A DNA stretch of 64,000 nt from Dehalococcoidia bacterium. Its GTDB lineage: Bacteria; Chloroflexota; Dehalococcoidia; GIF9; AB-539-J10. The DNA lies in NCBI GenBank assembly GCA_009619075.1, contig WJOY01000027.1, forward strand, positions 662 to 64,661. Direction: 5' to 3'. Positions 1 to 9,848 of the stretch are shown piece after piece. Each line of letters opens with the position of its first letter. Positions within the stretch are counted from its first letter, which is position 1. A program made the position numbers and the translations under genes. The notes under the pieces were generated by a model. The model saw only the letters and a list, made by a program, of their open reading frames with translations, was not told the origin of the DNA and did not search any database.

Positions 1-21
1 CCAGCTCAATTTACTTTTCAT
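1..21 (-). CDS. first 7 codons of an unidentified CDS running off the left edge
   Basis: Reverse complement reads AGGAGG (27-32), a 5 nt spacer, then ATGAAAAGTAAATTGAGCTGG. Too short to name. Confidence 0.3.
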
Positions 22-238
22 ACGGACCTCCTATTTACCGCAAAATGAATTAAAGGATTATTGCTCAATCAATCTCAACTGTCAAGGGCGATGACAAAAT
101 AAGCAAAATAAACAATATAGCCAAAGGTGAAATGGGGTAACTGCAAAAAAATCATAATAAAGTCCACAAAACTATTGACAAAATCTAACCCTTGTTGATA
201 ACATAGTATTACATAGTAAAACAAAAGGAGGTGTTTAT

Positions 239-1654
239 ATGGAAGCCATAATGGCGGCATTAGGCTGGTTTAATGGAATTGTGTGGGGACCACCAATGAT
301 GGTCATGATAGTGGGGACAGGCCTGTATATCACGGCTAGAATCTCCGGAAGGCAGTTTAGCAAGCTTGGTTATTCAATAAAGATGTTCTTTAGTGGTTGG
401 AGAGGGAAGGAAAAAGGTGAAGTGACAAAAGGAGATATTACTCCTTTTCAATCGTTAACAGTAGCTATAACCGGTACGGTGGGAAATGGTAACATTGCTG
501 GTGTAGCCACGGCCCTAGCTATGGGTGGTCCCGGAGCGGTATTTTGGATGTGGATCACCGCCCTTGTTGGAATGGCGACTAAATTCGCTGAAGCCTCATT
601 AGCAGTTAAAAGTAGAGTAGTAGATGCAGATGGCACTATTCTTGGCGGTCCATTTCTGACCATAGAAAGGCTAATAGGAGCAAAGTGGAAATGGTTAGCC
701 ATATTGTTTGCTCTTTTTGGGGCAATAGCTGCTTTTGGAATTGGTAACGCAGTTCAGACTAATAGTATGGCTCTGGTTTTGAACGAGTACTATCATGTCC
801 CCTTTATGGCCACTGGCACTACTTTAGCTATTCTTATTGGCCTGGTAGTTGTCGGCGGAATTAAGAGAATTGGAAGAGTGGCTGAATACTTGGCTCCCTG
901 GATGTGCGTCGTTTATATAATTGGAGCCGTAATTATACTGCTTATTAATATTACTGCAATACCGGCAGCAATTGGAGAGATATTTAAACATGCTTTCACT
1001 CCTCGTGCTGGCTTTGGTGCATTTGCCGGTGCTACGGTAATGATGTCAATGAGATACGGTGTGGCTCGGGGTATATTCTCTAATGAGGCTGGTTTAGGCA
1101 CCGGTGGTCTTTCTCATAGCCCAACTACAATACCTATACCAGCTCGCCAGGGAACCTTTGGCTTCTTTGAAGTTTTTCTTGATACCATACTAGTTTGTAC
1201 CATGACCGCTTTGGTAATTCTAACGACCGGCGCTCTGGGAACAGGCTATACCAGCACGGCTTTAACTGCCTGGGGTTTCCAATCAGTCCTTGGTGGTGCT
1301 GGTGTCGCTGTAACAGCTATGGGTTCCCTTCTCTTTGGTTATTCCACCCTGCTTGCCTGGTATTATTATGGTTCACAGTGTGGTCGTTATTTATTTGGCA
1401 AAAAGATTTCGCCAGGGGCTGTAAAGAAGTTTAAGTTGGGATATGGAGTGGCATGGATAGTATTCGCCTTTATGGGTGGAATATGGAAGGTTGACTTCGT
1501 CTGGCTGCTCACCGATACTCTCAATGGTGCCATGGCCATACCTAGCCTGATAGCGCTTCTTATCCTGGGTGGTCTGGTAGGCAAAATGGCCAGAGATTAC
1601 TTCGTAGAAGGCAAGGAAGAGTATACGCCTGAGGTACATATAGAAGAGTTGTGA
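239..1654 (+). CDS. alanine/glycine:cation symporter (AGCS family)
   Basis: 471 aa polytopic protein. The blocks GPPMMVMIVGTGLYITARISGRQF and GDITPFQSLTVAITGTVGNGNIAGVATA are typical of AGCS transporters. A strong SD (AAAGGAGG) precedes the ATG. Confidence 0.85.
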   Translation: MEAIMAALGWFNGIVWGPPMMVMIVGTGLYITARISGRQFSKLGYSIKMFFSGWRGKEKGEVTKGDITPFQSLTVAITGTVGNGNIAGVATALAMGGPGAVFWMWITALVGMATKFAEASLAVKSRVVDADGTILGGPFLTIERLIGAKWKWLAILFALFGAIAAFGIGNAVQTNSMALVLNEYYHVPFMATGTTLAILIGLVVVGGIKRIGRVAEYLAPWMCVVYIIGAVIILLINITAIPAAIGEIFKHAFTPRAGFGAFAGATVMMSMRYGVARGIFSNEAGLGTGGLSHSPTTIPIPARQGTFGFFEVFLDTILVCTMTALVILTTGALGTGYTSTALTAWGFQSVLGGAGVAVTAMGSLLFGYSTLLAWYYYGSQCGRYLFGKKISPGAVKKFKLGYGVAWIVFAFMGGIWKVDFVWLLTDTLNGAMAIPSLIALLILGGLVGKMARDYFVEGKEEYTPEVHIEEL

Positions 1655-1684
1655 TTAAGTAGAGGAAAAATCATGGCCTAATTA

Positions 1685-1722
1685 AATAAGCCCCTTCTTT
1701 TAAGAAGGGGCTTATTTAATTT
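1685..1722 (+). terminator. rho-independent terminator after the symporter gene
   Basis: 13 bp stem AATAAGCCCCTTC (1685-1697) pairs with GAAGGGGCTTATT (1704-1716). The loop is TTTTAA and a T-rich tail follows. Confidence 0.6.
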
Positions 1723-1820
1723 AAGACTGGGGCCGGTTTTACCCGGCATAAAGATTTTGATAAATAGCAAACTAAAGGCTAATCTGAATAATGGAAAGTA
1801 TAATATAAAAAGGAGGAGAA

Positions 1821-2207
1821 ATGGCAGCTAAGGTTATCGAAGGTTTTTATTATACTCAAACTGATGAGTGGCTGAAGGTGGAAGATAACGTAGGGACGGT
1901 AGGAATTACTGATTATGCCCAGGATAAGCTTGGCGATATTGTCTACCTTGAGAAAACGGAGAGGGGGAAGAAAGTAAAACAAACTGAAACGCTTACGGCC
2001 ATTGAATCGGTAAAAGCGGCATCTGACATCTACGCCCCTATCTCAGGAGAGGTAATCGAGGTAAATGAAAAAGTTATTGCGGATAGTTCCATTATCAATA
2101 AAGAGCCCTACGGAGAAGGATGGATTGCCAAGATAAGGATTGAGAATGCTGATGAATTGAAGAATCTTATGGGAGCTAAAGAATACTCACAGTATAGAGA
2201 AGAGTAG
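1821..2207 (+). CDS. gcvH: glycine cleavage system H protein
   Basis: 128 aa with the lipoyl-lysine block ESVKAASDIYAPISGEV. SD GGAGGAG lies upstream. Confidence 0.95.
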   Translation: MAAKVIEGFYYTQTDEWLKVEDNVGTVGITDYAQDKLGDIVYLEKTERGKKVKQTETLTAIESVKAASDIYAPISGEVIEVNEKVIADSSIINKEPYGEGWIAKIRIENADELKNLMGAKEYSQYREE

Positions 2208-2216
2208 AGGTGCAGT

Positions 2217-3560
2217 ATGAGATATATTCCAAGTACTGAAGAGCAGAAAAAAGAGATGCTGAAAGAGATTGGCGTCTCTTCTTTTGAAGAGTTAATTGAA
2301 GCTATTCCCGCTGGTTTTCGGTTTAAAGGAAGGTTAAATGTCCCGGAGGCAATTTCAGAAGCTGAGCTGGAAGAAAAGATTTACCAGATTGCCAAGAAAA
2401 ACTCAGATTTTTTCTTAATGAAACCCCTTATTGGAGCGGGTGCTTACAGGCATCATGTTCCTGAGGCAGGAAAATTTCTCTTGCAAAGAGAAGAATTTTG
2501 GACCTGTTATACACCATATCAACCTGAACTTAGTCAAGGCACCCTGCAGTCAATATTTGAGTTTCAGACATATATTGCCAGACTTACCAAAATGGATGTC
2601 GTAATACCTTCTATCTATGATGGTGCTTCGGCAACTGCCGAAGCGGCATTAATGTCCTTCAGGTTAACGCATAGAAATAAAATTATTATTTCAGCATTAC
2701 TTCATCCTCATTATAAAGAAACTGTTAAGACATACATAGCACCACACGAGCCAGAAATTGTCGAATTGCCACATAAGGATGGTTTAGTTGATATTGATGG
2801 GCTGAAGAAATTAGTTGATGATGATGTTGCTTCTGTTATCGTTCAAAATCCTAATTTCTTTGGTGGCATAGAGAAGCTAGCTGAAATCTGCGAGCTTGTT
2901 CATTCTAAGAATGCTTTATTAATAAATGCCATTGCTGAAAGCATGTCGCTGGGGGTTTTAAAAGCTCCTGGGGAAGTGGGGGCTGATATCGTAGCCGGGG
3001 AGGCTCAATCATTTGGCATGGACTTGAATTACGGCGGTCCTTATAATGCTTACCTGGCAACTAGGAAACAATTCCTCAGGCAGCTTCCCGGAAGAATTAT
3101 TGGTGAAACAAGAGATTTAGATGGTAAGCGTGTTTTCGTGATGACCATGCGCGCCAGAGAGCAAGATATAAGGAGAGAGAAGGCGACTTCTAATATTTGT
3201 ACTAACCATTTTTTAAACGCTACCGCAGCCAATATTTATCTTTCTCTTATGGGAACAGAAGGGCTTTACAAAGTTTCTCTTCTTAACACCAAGGCTGCTC
3301 ACTATTTGGAAAACTTGTTATTGAAATCGGGGAAATTTGAAAAGGTTTTCGACTATCCCTTCTATAATGAGTTTTTGCTAAAGAGCAAAGACAGTGTGCC
3401 TACTTTAAATAAAAAACTGCTAGAGAACAATTTCATTCCTCCTCTGGAAGTAAGCAAATTCTATAAAGAGGAAAGGTTTAAGGATGTTTTGCTTTTTGCC
3501 GTAACCGAAGTATTGTGTAGAGAAGATTTGAACCGTGTGGTTGAAATTCTTGCGGAATAA
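2217..3560 (+). CDS. gcvPA: glycine dehydrogenase (decarboxylating) subunit 1
   Basis: 447 aa with the YTPYQPELSQGTLQ block of the split P-protein N-terminal subunit. It sits between gcvH and gcvPB. Confidence 0.95.
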   Translation: MRYIPSTEEQKKEMLKEIGVSSFEELIEAIPAGFRFKGRLNVPEAISEAELEEKIYQIAKKNSDFFLMKPLIGAGAYRHHVPEAGKFLLQREEFWTCYTPYQPELSQGTLQSIFEFQTYIARLTKMDVVIPSIYDGASATAEAALMSFRLTHRNKIIISALLHPHYKETVKTYIAPHEPEIVELPHKDGLVDIDGLKKLVDDDVASVIVQNPNFFGGIEKLAEICELVHSKNALLINAIAESMSLGVLKAPGEVGADIVAGEAQSFGMDLNYGGPYNAYLATRKQFLRQLPGRIIGETRDLDGKRVFVMTMRAREQDIRREKATSNICTNHFLNATAANIYLSLMGTEGLYKVSLLNTKAAHYLENLLLKSGKFEKVFDYPFYNEFLLKSKDSVPTLNKKLLENNFIPPLEVSKFYKEERFKDVLLFAVTEVLCREDLNRVVEILAE

Positions 3561-3572
3561 GGAGGAATAAAG

Positions 3573-5072
3573 ATGAAATTAATATTTGAGAAAAGCGTAA
3601 AGGCTAGAGATGGTTATTCCCTGCCCAAAGATTTATTCGACGAGGTAAACACTAAAGATTGCATACCTGAGTATGCAGTTAGCGATAGCAAAAAGGTGCT
3701 TAGTGAAGTTTCCGAGGTTGATGTTATTCGGCACTTCACCAAGCTTTCCAAGTTTAATTACGGCGTTGATGATGGCTTATACCCATTGGGGTCATGTACC
3801 ATGAAATATAACCCTAAAGTTACCGAGAAACTAGCATCGCTAGATAACTTTATCTACGCCCATCCATTAGCTCCTGAAGAGACTGTTCAAGGTTGTTTAG
3901 AGCTAATGTACGATTTAAACAAGCTACTTTGTGAAGTAACGGGCGTCGACCAATATACTATGGCTCCTGCTGCTGGTGCACATGGTGAATTAACTGGTGT
4001 TCTCATTATGAGGCAGCATTTTGTCGATCATGATGATAAAAGGCATAAGCTATTAGTGCCTGATTCTGCCCATGGTACCAATCCAGCTTCTGCTACAATG
4101 GGTGGTTTTAAAATGATAGAACTAAAGTCAAACGAAAGGGGGACGGTTGACATCAGACGGCTTGAGGAGCTAATGGATGAAGATACCGCAGGATTAATGC
4201 TGAACGATCCTAATACAGTTGGGTTATATGATGAAGGGATGCAGGATATTGAAAGCATTGTGCATGGTAAGGGCGGATTGCTTTATTATGATGGTGCCAA
4301 CCTGAATGCCTCATTTGAAATTGTCAGACCTGGAGATGCCGGTTTTGATATAGTCCATCTCAATCTGCACAAAACATTTTCTACCCCACACGGAGGTGGT
4401 GGCCCAGGTTCAGGAATTATCGGAGTAAAGGAATTTCTTATTCCGTATCTTCCTACACCTATAGTTGCTTTTGACGGGGAGAAATATTACTTCTCGGACG
4501 TGGGAGAAAAAAGCATCGGTAGGGTGAGGGCATTTTGGGGTAATTTTCTCGTGCTGATTAAGAGTTATGCCTGGATTCTTTCTATGGGGCCAGACGGGCT
4601 TCGTAATGTCTCAGAAACAAGTGTTATCAATGCCAACTATGTGCTGGCTAAGTTAAAGAAATATTATCGACCGGCATATGATCGCTATTGTGGGCACGAA
4701 TGTGTGCTTACAGGAAGAGACTATAAGAAGTATGGGATAAAAACTTTGGATATTGCCAAGAGATTAATGGATTATGGTTTTCACCCACCAACAATCTATT
4801 TCCCTCACTTTGAGCCTTACGCTGAGGAAACAATAATGGTAGAACCACCCGAATCCGAAAGTAAGGAAGTGATTGATGAATTCATTGATGCCATGATCAA
4901 AATTTCTAACGAGGCGAAGACAAATCCTGATTTATTAACAGGTGCACCGCATAACACCCGTATAAGGAGAGTAGATGACGTACTGGCAGTAAAGAGACCA
5001 ATCTTGAATTACGGCGATGAGCTGAAACTTAAAGATGAATTGAAATATAAAGATGAAGATATTAATTTTTAG
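3573..5072 (+). CDS. gcvPB: glycine dehydrogenase (decarboxylating) subunit 2
   Basis: 499 aa with the PLP-lysine block HLNLHKTFSTPHGGGGPG. Confidence 0.95.
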   Translation: MKLIFEKSVKARDGYSLPKDLFDEVNTKDCIPEYAVSDSKKVLSEVSEVDVIRHFTKLSKFNYGVDDGLYPLGSCTMKYNPKVTEKLASLDNFIYAHPLAPEETVQGCLELMYDLNKLLCEVTGVDQYTMAPAAGAHGELTGVLIMRQHFVDHDDKRHKLLVPDSAHGTNPASATMGGFKMIELKSNERGTVDIRRLEELMDEDTAGLMLNDPNTVGLYDEGMQDIESIVHGKGGLLYYDGANLNASFEIVRPGDAGFDIVHLNLHKTFSTPHGGGGPGSGIIGVKEFLIPYLPTPIVAFDGEKYYFSDVGEKSIGRVRAFWGNFLVLIKSYAWILSMGPDGLRNVSETSVINANYVLAKLKKYYRPAYDRYCGHECVLTGRDYKKYGIKTLDIAKRLMDYGFHPPTIYFPHFEPYAEETIMVEPPESESKEVIDEFIDAMIKISNEAKTNPDLLTGAPHNTRIRRVDDVLAVKRPILNYGDELKLKDELKYKDEDINF

Positions 5073-5085
5073 TTAGGAGGCGGAT

Positions 5086-6201
5086 ATGGAAGAGTTGTTA
5101 TTGACCCCTCTTCATGAGGAACACCTAAAGTTAAAGGCGAGGATGATCCCATTTGATGGTTTTGATATGCCGGTGCAATATACAAGCATTATTGAAGAGC
5201 ACTTTGCTGTAAGAGAAAAAGTAGGCATCTTTGATGTCTCCCATATGGGGGAGATTGAATTACGGGGCAAAGATGCGCTTCCTTTCACCGACTACATTGT
5301 AACGAATTCAGTAATGAAGATGAGAGATGGAGATATAAAGTACTCTCCATTGTGTTATCCCGATGGTGGCCAGGTGGACGATCTTTTTGTCTACAAAGTA
5401 GAGGATGATTTCGTATTATTGGTTGTCAATGCATCTCCTAACTATTCCGTGAAGGATTTCACTTGGATTTCACAGCAAAAGGGAGGCTTTGATGTAGAAA
5501 TTTCGAATAAGAGCCCAGACTACGGAGAAGTAGCAGTACAGGGACCTATATCAGAAAAATTGATGGGGCCTTTGGTAAAAGGAGATATGCCCCTTAAAGA
5601 ACTGAAGCGTTTTAAATTTATGTATGGGGAGTTGTTTGGTAAAAAGATTCTTATTTCGCATACAGGTTACACGGGAGAGGATGGCTTCGAAGTTTACTCT
5701 AAGGCAAAAGACATTGTAGACATCTGGAATGGTATTCTTGAAGAAGGTGAAAGGTTTGGCATAAAACCTGCAGGATTAGGAGCAAGAGACACAACAAGGT
5801 TTGAGGTTTGCTACTGGCTTTATGGCAATGATATTGATGAAACAATAAATCCGCTCGAAACAGGTCAGGGGTGGGCAGTAAAATTTGACAAGGATAAGTT
5901 CATCGGCAAAAAGGCGCTTCTTAAAGTAAAAGAGAGGGGAATTAGCCGGAATCTTGCTGGTCTTTATATTCCCGCAGGTGGTATTCCCAGACATAAGATG
6001 GAAGTGAGGAAAGACGGAAAGAAGATTGGATACATCACCTCAGGGAGTTACTGTCCTTCTCTAAAGAAGGTATATGCGTGGGCCATCATTGATCTGCCTT
6101 ATACCGAGAAAGGCAGTAAAGTAAATGTTGTTATCAGGGATAAAGAAGTGGAAGCTGAGGTTGTTGATACGCCTTTTGTCAAACCAGTTAATAAAAGGTA
6201 A
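5086..6201 (+). CDS. gcvT: aminomethyltransferase (glycine cleavage T protein)
   Basis: 371 aa with the blocks FDVSHMGEIELRG and HTGYTGEDGFE. Confidence 0.95.
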   Translation: MEELLLTPLHEEHLKLKARMIPFDGFDMPVQYTSIIEEHFAVREKVGIFDVSHMGEIELRGKDALPFTDYIVTNSVMKMRDGDIKYSPLCYPDGGQVDDLFVYKVEDDFVLLVVNASPNYSVKDFTWISQQKGGFDVEISNKSPDYGEVAVQGPISEKLMGPLVKGDMPLKELKRFKFMYGELFGKKILISHTGYTGEDGFEVYSKAKDIVDIWNGILEEGERFGIKPAGLGARDTTRFEVCYWLYGNDIDETINPLETGQGWAVKFDKDKFIGKKALLKVKERGISRNLAGLYIPAGGIPRHKMEVRKDGKKIGYITSGSYCPSLKKVYAWAIIDLPYTEKGSKVNVVIRDKEVEAEVVDTPFVKPVNKR

Positions 6202-6240
6202 AGGAATTGCAGAACCAAAAGAAGCTGTTTAGAAACTAGT

Positions 6241-6280
6241 GATTGAGGTTTGTCCTGAGCGAAGCGAAGGATTGAGGAGC
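6241..6280. repeat. solo copy of the AGCGAAGCGAAG-type repeat word
   Basis: TGTCCTGAGCGAAGCGAAGGATTGAGG in the gcvT-lpdA spacer. The same word family occurs at 11438, 12199, 21734, 22125, 33938, 34958 and 59275. Confidence 0.7.
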
Positions 6281-6392
6281 TTTTCGGAAGTTTTTCAAGC
6301 TGAGAAAATTTAATCTTTATTTAGTTTGCCTTACCTTAAACGAGATAGCTAACCTAGGTAAGAAACCAATTCTTTAGGCAAAGCAGTAAGCG

Positions 6393-7787
6393 ATGGAAAC
6401 TGAATATGATGTCACCATAATCGGCGGCGGCCCGGGGGGATACGTAGCAGCTATTTATGCCTCCCAGCTAGGAGCGAGGGTAGCTTTGGTGGAAAAGGAT
6501 CGCCTCGGTGGTACATGCCTCAATCGTGGTTGTATCCCGACAAAGTCATTGCTTAGAAGTGCCGAGGTACTACAGCAGGCTAGGAGAGCGAGTGAGTTTG
6601 GCCTGGAGATTGACCATGTTGAGGTGAATTTGTCCCAGATTATTGCTCGCAAGAATAATATAGTAGATGGGCTGTTAGCTGGAATTAACCACCTAACGCT
6701 GGCTGGTAACATAAGTATTTACAAGGGTGCGGGGTGCATTGTGTCTCCCACGTTAGTGAAGGTAAACGATGAGGAGATTCCAACCAAGAGGATCATTATC
6801 GCCACAGGCTCGGAGACTGCTTCACTTCCTATCCCCGGTTTAGACCTCCCAGGGGTGGTTACTACTGATGAGATACTAGACGTGATCAAACTCCCCAAAA
6901 GCCTGATAGTCATCGGGGGAAACGTCGTGGGCGTGGAATTTGCCACCATTTTCAATGCCTTTGGCACTAAGGTGACTATCCTCGAGATGCGACCCTTCCT
7001 CCTGGAGTCAGTTGACCTGGAGATCAGCCAACGTTTTGCCCAAATCCTAAGGAGACAAGGCATTACGATCATAACTAGCGCTACAGTCAAGGCAATAAGG
7101 CAGGAAGGGACAATGACTAAAGTGGTCTGGGACACACTGGAGGGAGAACGAGGAATCGAGGCGCAAATGGTTCTCATGGCTACTGGGCGTTCCCCCTATA
7201 CTGAAGGACTGGACTTAACTGAACTAGGGATGAAGATGAAAAGACGAGCTATCGCGGTGAACGATAGACTGGAAACAAATATCCCTAATATTTACGCTAT
7301 CGGAGACGTAATTGGCGGGCATATGCTAGCTCATGTTGCCTCCTACGAGGGGAAGATTGCTGTAGAGAATGCTCTTGGTCACTCTCGCCAGGTAGACTAC
7401 CAAGCTGTTCCTATTTGTGTCTTCACCCAGCCTGAGATAGCAGGTGTTGGCTTGACCGAAAATGAAGCCAAAACTAGGGAGCTTTCTTATAAAGTGAGTA
7501 GCTTCCCTTTTAGCGCCTGTGGCCGTGCTCATACTATGAGGGAAACGATGGGCATTGTTAAGATGGTTTGCGAAGCAGAAAGTGGAAGGGTACTGGGGAT
7601 GCACATCATGGGGCCTCATGCTGACGATCTGATAGCAGAAGGCGTGCTGGCAGTCAAATGTGGCCTCACAGCCAAAGATATCGCCGACACCATGCATGCT
7701 CACCCCACACTGCCTGAGGCAGTGCTGGAAGCGGCTTTAGGACAGTTGGATGGCTCGGTTCACTTTCAAACTAAACAGGCTGGCTAA
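6393..7787 (+). CDS. lpdA: dihydrolipoyl dehydrogenase (L protein / E3)
   Basis: 464 aa with a GGGPGGYVAA FAD fold, the redox disulfide GGTCLNRGCIPTK and C-terminal HAHPTLPEA. Confidence 0.9.
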   Translation: METEYDVTIIGGGPGGYVAAIYASQLGARVALVEKDRLGGTCLNRGCIPTKSLLRSAEVLQQARRASEFGLEIDHVEVNLSQIIARKNNIVDGLLAGINHLTLAGNISIYKGAGCIVSPTLVKVNDEEIPTKRIIIATGSETASLPIPGLDLPGVVTTDEILDVIKLPKSLIVIGGNVVGVEFATIFNAFGTKVTILEMRPFLLESVDLEISQRFAQILRRQGITIITSATVKAIRQEGTMTKVVWDTLEGERGIEAQMVLMATGRSPYTEGLDLTELGMKMKRRAIAVNDRLETNIPNIYAIGDVIGGHMLAHVASYEGKIAVENALGHSRQVDYQAVPICVFTQPEIAGVGLTENEAKTRELSYKVSSFPFSACGRAHTMRETMGIVKMVCEAESGRVLGMHIMGPHADDLIAEGVLAVKCGLTAKDIADTMHAHPTLPEAVLEAALGQLDGSVHFQTKQAG

Positions 7788-7807
7788 ACTCGAATTCGTA
7801 GGGGATT

Positions 7808-8509
7808 TTGGAATCAAAGAAGTCTTACCAAGCTTATTACTTGGGGGTGGTGGCATACCCGGTTGCCTTCAAATTGCAGCAAAGGTTGGTAGAGGCGCGA
7901 GCTAAGGGAATCAATCCTGATGTGCTGCTGCTCCTCCAGCACCCCCCAGTTTTCACCATAGGACGCTTTAGAGGAGAAGAGGACATAATTGTTCCCCCAG
8001 AGAGGCTGGCTCAAGAGGGGATAGATGTCTTTCACATCGGTAGGGGAGGAGGCATCAGCTACCATGGCCCAGGACAGCTTATAGGCTATCCTATTCTCAG
8101 TCTTGAAGAAAACGGGCTTGGTGTGCGTCAATATGTCTGGAAACTAGAGTCAGTTATCATTAACTTGCTACATTCTCTTGGTATCCGAGGTCATCGGATT
8201 AGCAAGTATCCTGGCGTCTGGGTGAATGTGAAAAAAGTTTGTTCTATAGGGGTGAGGGTTAACCATGGTATTACTATGCATGGTTTTGCTCTTAATGTAG
8301 ATACGGACCTACGGTATTTCGAATATATAAACCCTTGTGGCATGAAAAAGGCGGAAATAATGACCTCTATTTCAAAAATATTGGGGTATCCTATAGAGGT
8401 CGAATCCATCATAGGGGGGTTGCTTCATTCCTTTTCAGATATATTTGGTTTCGAATATAAACAGGAGGTCGATAGATGTCCAGTTATGCTAGATGCCCTG
8501 AGTGGCTAA
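7808..8509 (+). CDS. lipB: lipoyl(octanoyl) transferase
   Basis: 233 aa with a TTG start. Blocks are RGGGISYHGPGQL and KKVCSIGVR. Confidence 0.9.
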   Translation: MESKKSYQAYYLGVVAYPVAFKLQQRLVEARAKGINPDVLLLLQHPPVFTIGRFRGEEDIIVPPERLAQEGIDVFHIGRGGGISYHGPGQLIGYPILSLEENGLGVRQYVWKLESVIINLLHSLGIRGHRISKYPGVWVNVKKVCSIGVRVNHGITMHGFALNVDTDLRYFEYINPCGMKKAEIMTSISKILGYPIEVESIIGGLLHSFSDIFGFEYKQEVDRCPVMLDALSG

Positions 8510-9366
8510 AGCTAAAACCTCTGGATTCCACCATACTGACCAAAATGAGGAAGCTCACTCAGGGGCTAAAGCTGCATACCATCTGCGAAAGTGCTCGCTG
8601 CCCCAACCGGACAGAATGCTTTGCTCAAGGCACAGCCACATTTATGATCTTGGGGGATATTTGTACTCGCAACTGCACCTTTTGTGCCGTAAAGCACGGA
8701 AAGCCTGAAGCTCCCGACCCAGAAGAACCAGAGCATATCGTGTCAGCAGTCAAGAAATTGGGGCTACGCTATGTAGTCATTACTTCTGTTTGCCGCGATG
8801 ACCTCCCTGACGGAGGTGCAGTGCAGTTTGCTCAGGCTATAAGAGCCCTACACCGCCATAACTCAGGTATAGGGGTTGAGGTGCTCATTCCCGATTTTCG
8901 AGGTTCCCTATCGGCGCTGGAGAAAGTGATTGCTGCCCAGCCTACCGTCTTGAACCATAATGTAGAGACAGTCCCCCGGCTCTATGCAGAGGTGCGACCT
9001 CAGGCGAAATATCACCGTTCCTTGGAGCTTTTAAAGAGGGCGAAATCCTTGGATAGGGGACTTTTGACCAAATCAGGGCTCATGTTAGGGTTGGGGGAAA
9101 GGGAGAATGAGGTGATAGAGGTTATGGAGGATCTAAGGGAAGTTGGGTGCGATTCTATCACTCTGGGGCAGTACCTGAGGCCTTCCCTGAAACATCACGG
9201 GGTGGTAAGATATGTTACTCCTGATGAGTTTGCCCAATATGAGGCTATCGCGAGGAAAATGGGGTTCTTAGGCGTGGCGTCGGGGCCGCTGGTGCGTAGC
9301 TCCTTCAATGCTACTGCCCTTTTTAATGAGGTAAGATTATGTGGAAGCACAAACCATTCCATATGA
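8476..9366 (+). CDS. lipA: lipoyl synthase
   Basis: 296 aa. It has the auxiliary cluster motif CESARCPNRTEC and the radical-SAM motif CTRNCTFCAV. It overlaps the lipB end by 34 nt. Confidence 0.95.
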   Translation: MSSYARCPEWLKLKPLDSTILTKMRKLTQGLKLHTICESARCPNRTECFAQGTATFMILGDICTRNCTFCAVKHGKPEAPDPEEPEHIVSAVKKLGLRYVVITSVCRDDLPDGGAVQFAQAIRALHRHNSGIGVEVLIPDFRGSLSALEKVIAAQPTVLNHNVETVPRLYAEVRPQAKYHRSLELLKRAKSLDRGLLTKSGLMLGLGERENEVIEVMEDLREVGCDSITLGQYLRPSLKHHGVVRYVTPDEFAQYEAIARKMGFLGVASGPLVRSSFNATALFNEVRLCGSTNHSI

Positions 9367-9460
9367 GTTATCTGTTTACTCATGGTAAGCCTTGCCCACC
9401 GATGAAACTTGTCTTAAACTGAGGGGGAGGCTTTATATGGGGCAGTTATAAACATGAAAG

Positions 9461-9469
9461 TGTTATAAT
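9461..9469 (+). promoter_or_regulatory. possible extended -10 element (TGTTATAAT) upstream of rsfS
   Basis: TG-n-TATAAT lies at 9461-9469. No good -35 was seen. Confidence 0.3.
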
Positions 9470-9523
9470 ATAAGTAAAGGAGGATAATTCTTTCTGGAGG
9501 CTGAAGAGCTAGCGAAGTTAGCT

Positions 9524-9838
9524 ATGGAAGCTGCTTCTGAGAAGCAGGCAAGTGATATTGTGATGCTTGACGTGAGAGGGTTATGCTCCTTTGCCGATTA
9601 TTTCGTTATTTGTAGTGGAGAAAGTGACCGTCAGATAGAGGCCATTTGGCGAGGCATTGATGAAGTACTGAGGAGCAAAGGCGTTATACCCCATCATAAA
9701 GAGGGCGCTCCCGATTCAGGTTGGCTCCTTGGTGATTTTGAGGCGGTTATTGTTCATATATTTGGTTCTGCTGAGCGGGATTATTATCAACTAGATAAGC
9801 TGTGGGACAAAGCAATTCCCGTGGTTAGAATCCAATAA
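9524..9838 (+). CDS. rsfS: ribosome silencing factor RsfS
   Basis: 104 aa from the first ATG, with blocks DIVMLDV, ADYFVICSG and DYYQLDKLW. The frame is open back to 9488 (FFLEAEELAKLA), with an SD at 9476-9483. A CTG start at 9494 is therefore possible. Confidence 0.85.
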   Translation: MEAASEKQASDIVMLDVRGLCSFADYFVICSGESDRQIEAIWRGIDEVLRSKGVIPHHKEGAPDSGWLLGDFEAVIVHIFGSAERDYYQLDKLWDKAIPVVRIQ

Positions 9839-9848
9839 ATAGTGACTA

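Noticed and set aside
175-203. Promoter TTGACA-17-ATAACA upstream of the symporter gene.
   Set aside because: The -35 hexamer is perfect but the -10 is weak and the surrounding sequence is AT-rich, so chance matches are likely. It is not reported as a feature.
1723-1820. Expected glycine riboswitch upstream of the gcv genes or of the symporter (60-238).
   Set aside because: I could not find the conserved GGAGAG...CACCG...CTGGAGAG...ACCGAAGGGGCAA-type cores by eye. This needs a covariance-model scan before it is excluded.
6719-7177. Long antisense ORFs inside well-supported genes. Examples: 6719-7177 in lpdA, 10322-10927 opposite the thioesterase-HAD gene, 33383-33883 opposite the small membrane protein gene, 35262-35807 in the GGR gene, 7326-7703 and 22535-22798.
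   Set aside because: Each lies entirely within a gene with clear family motifs on the other strand. They have no recognisable motifs and odd composition, and are treated as shadow ORFs.
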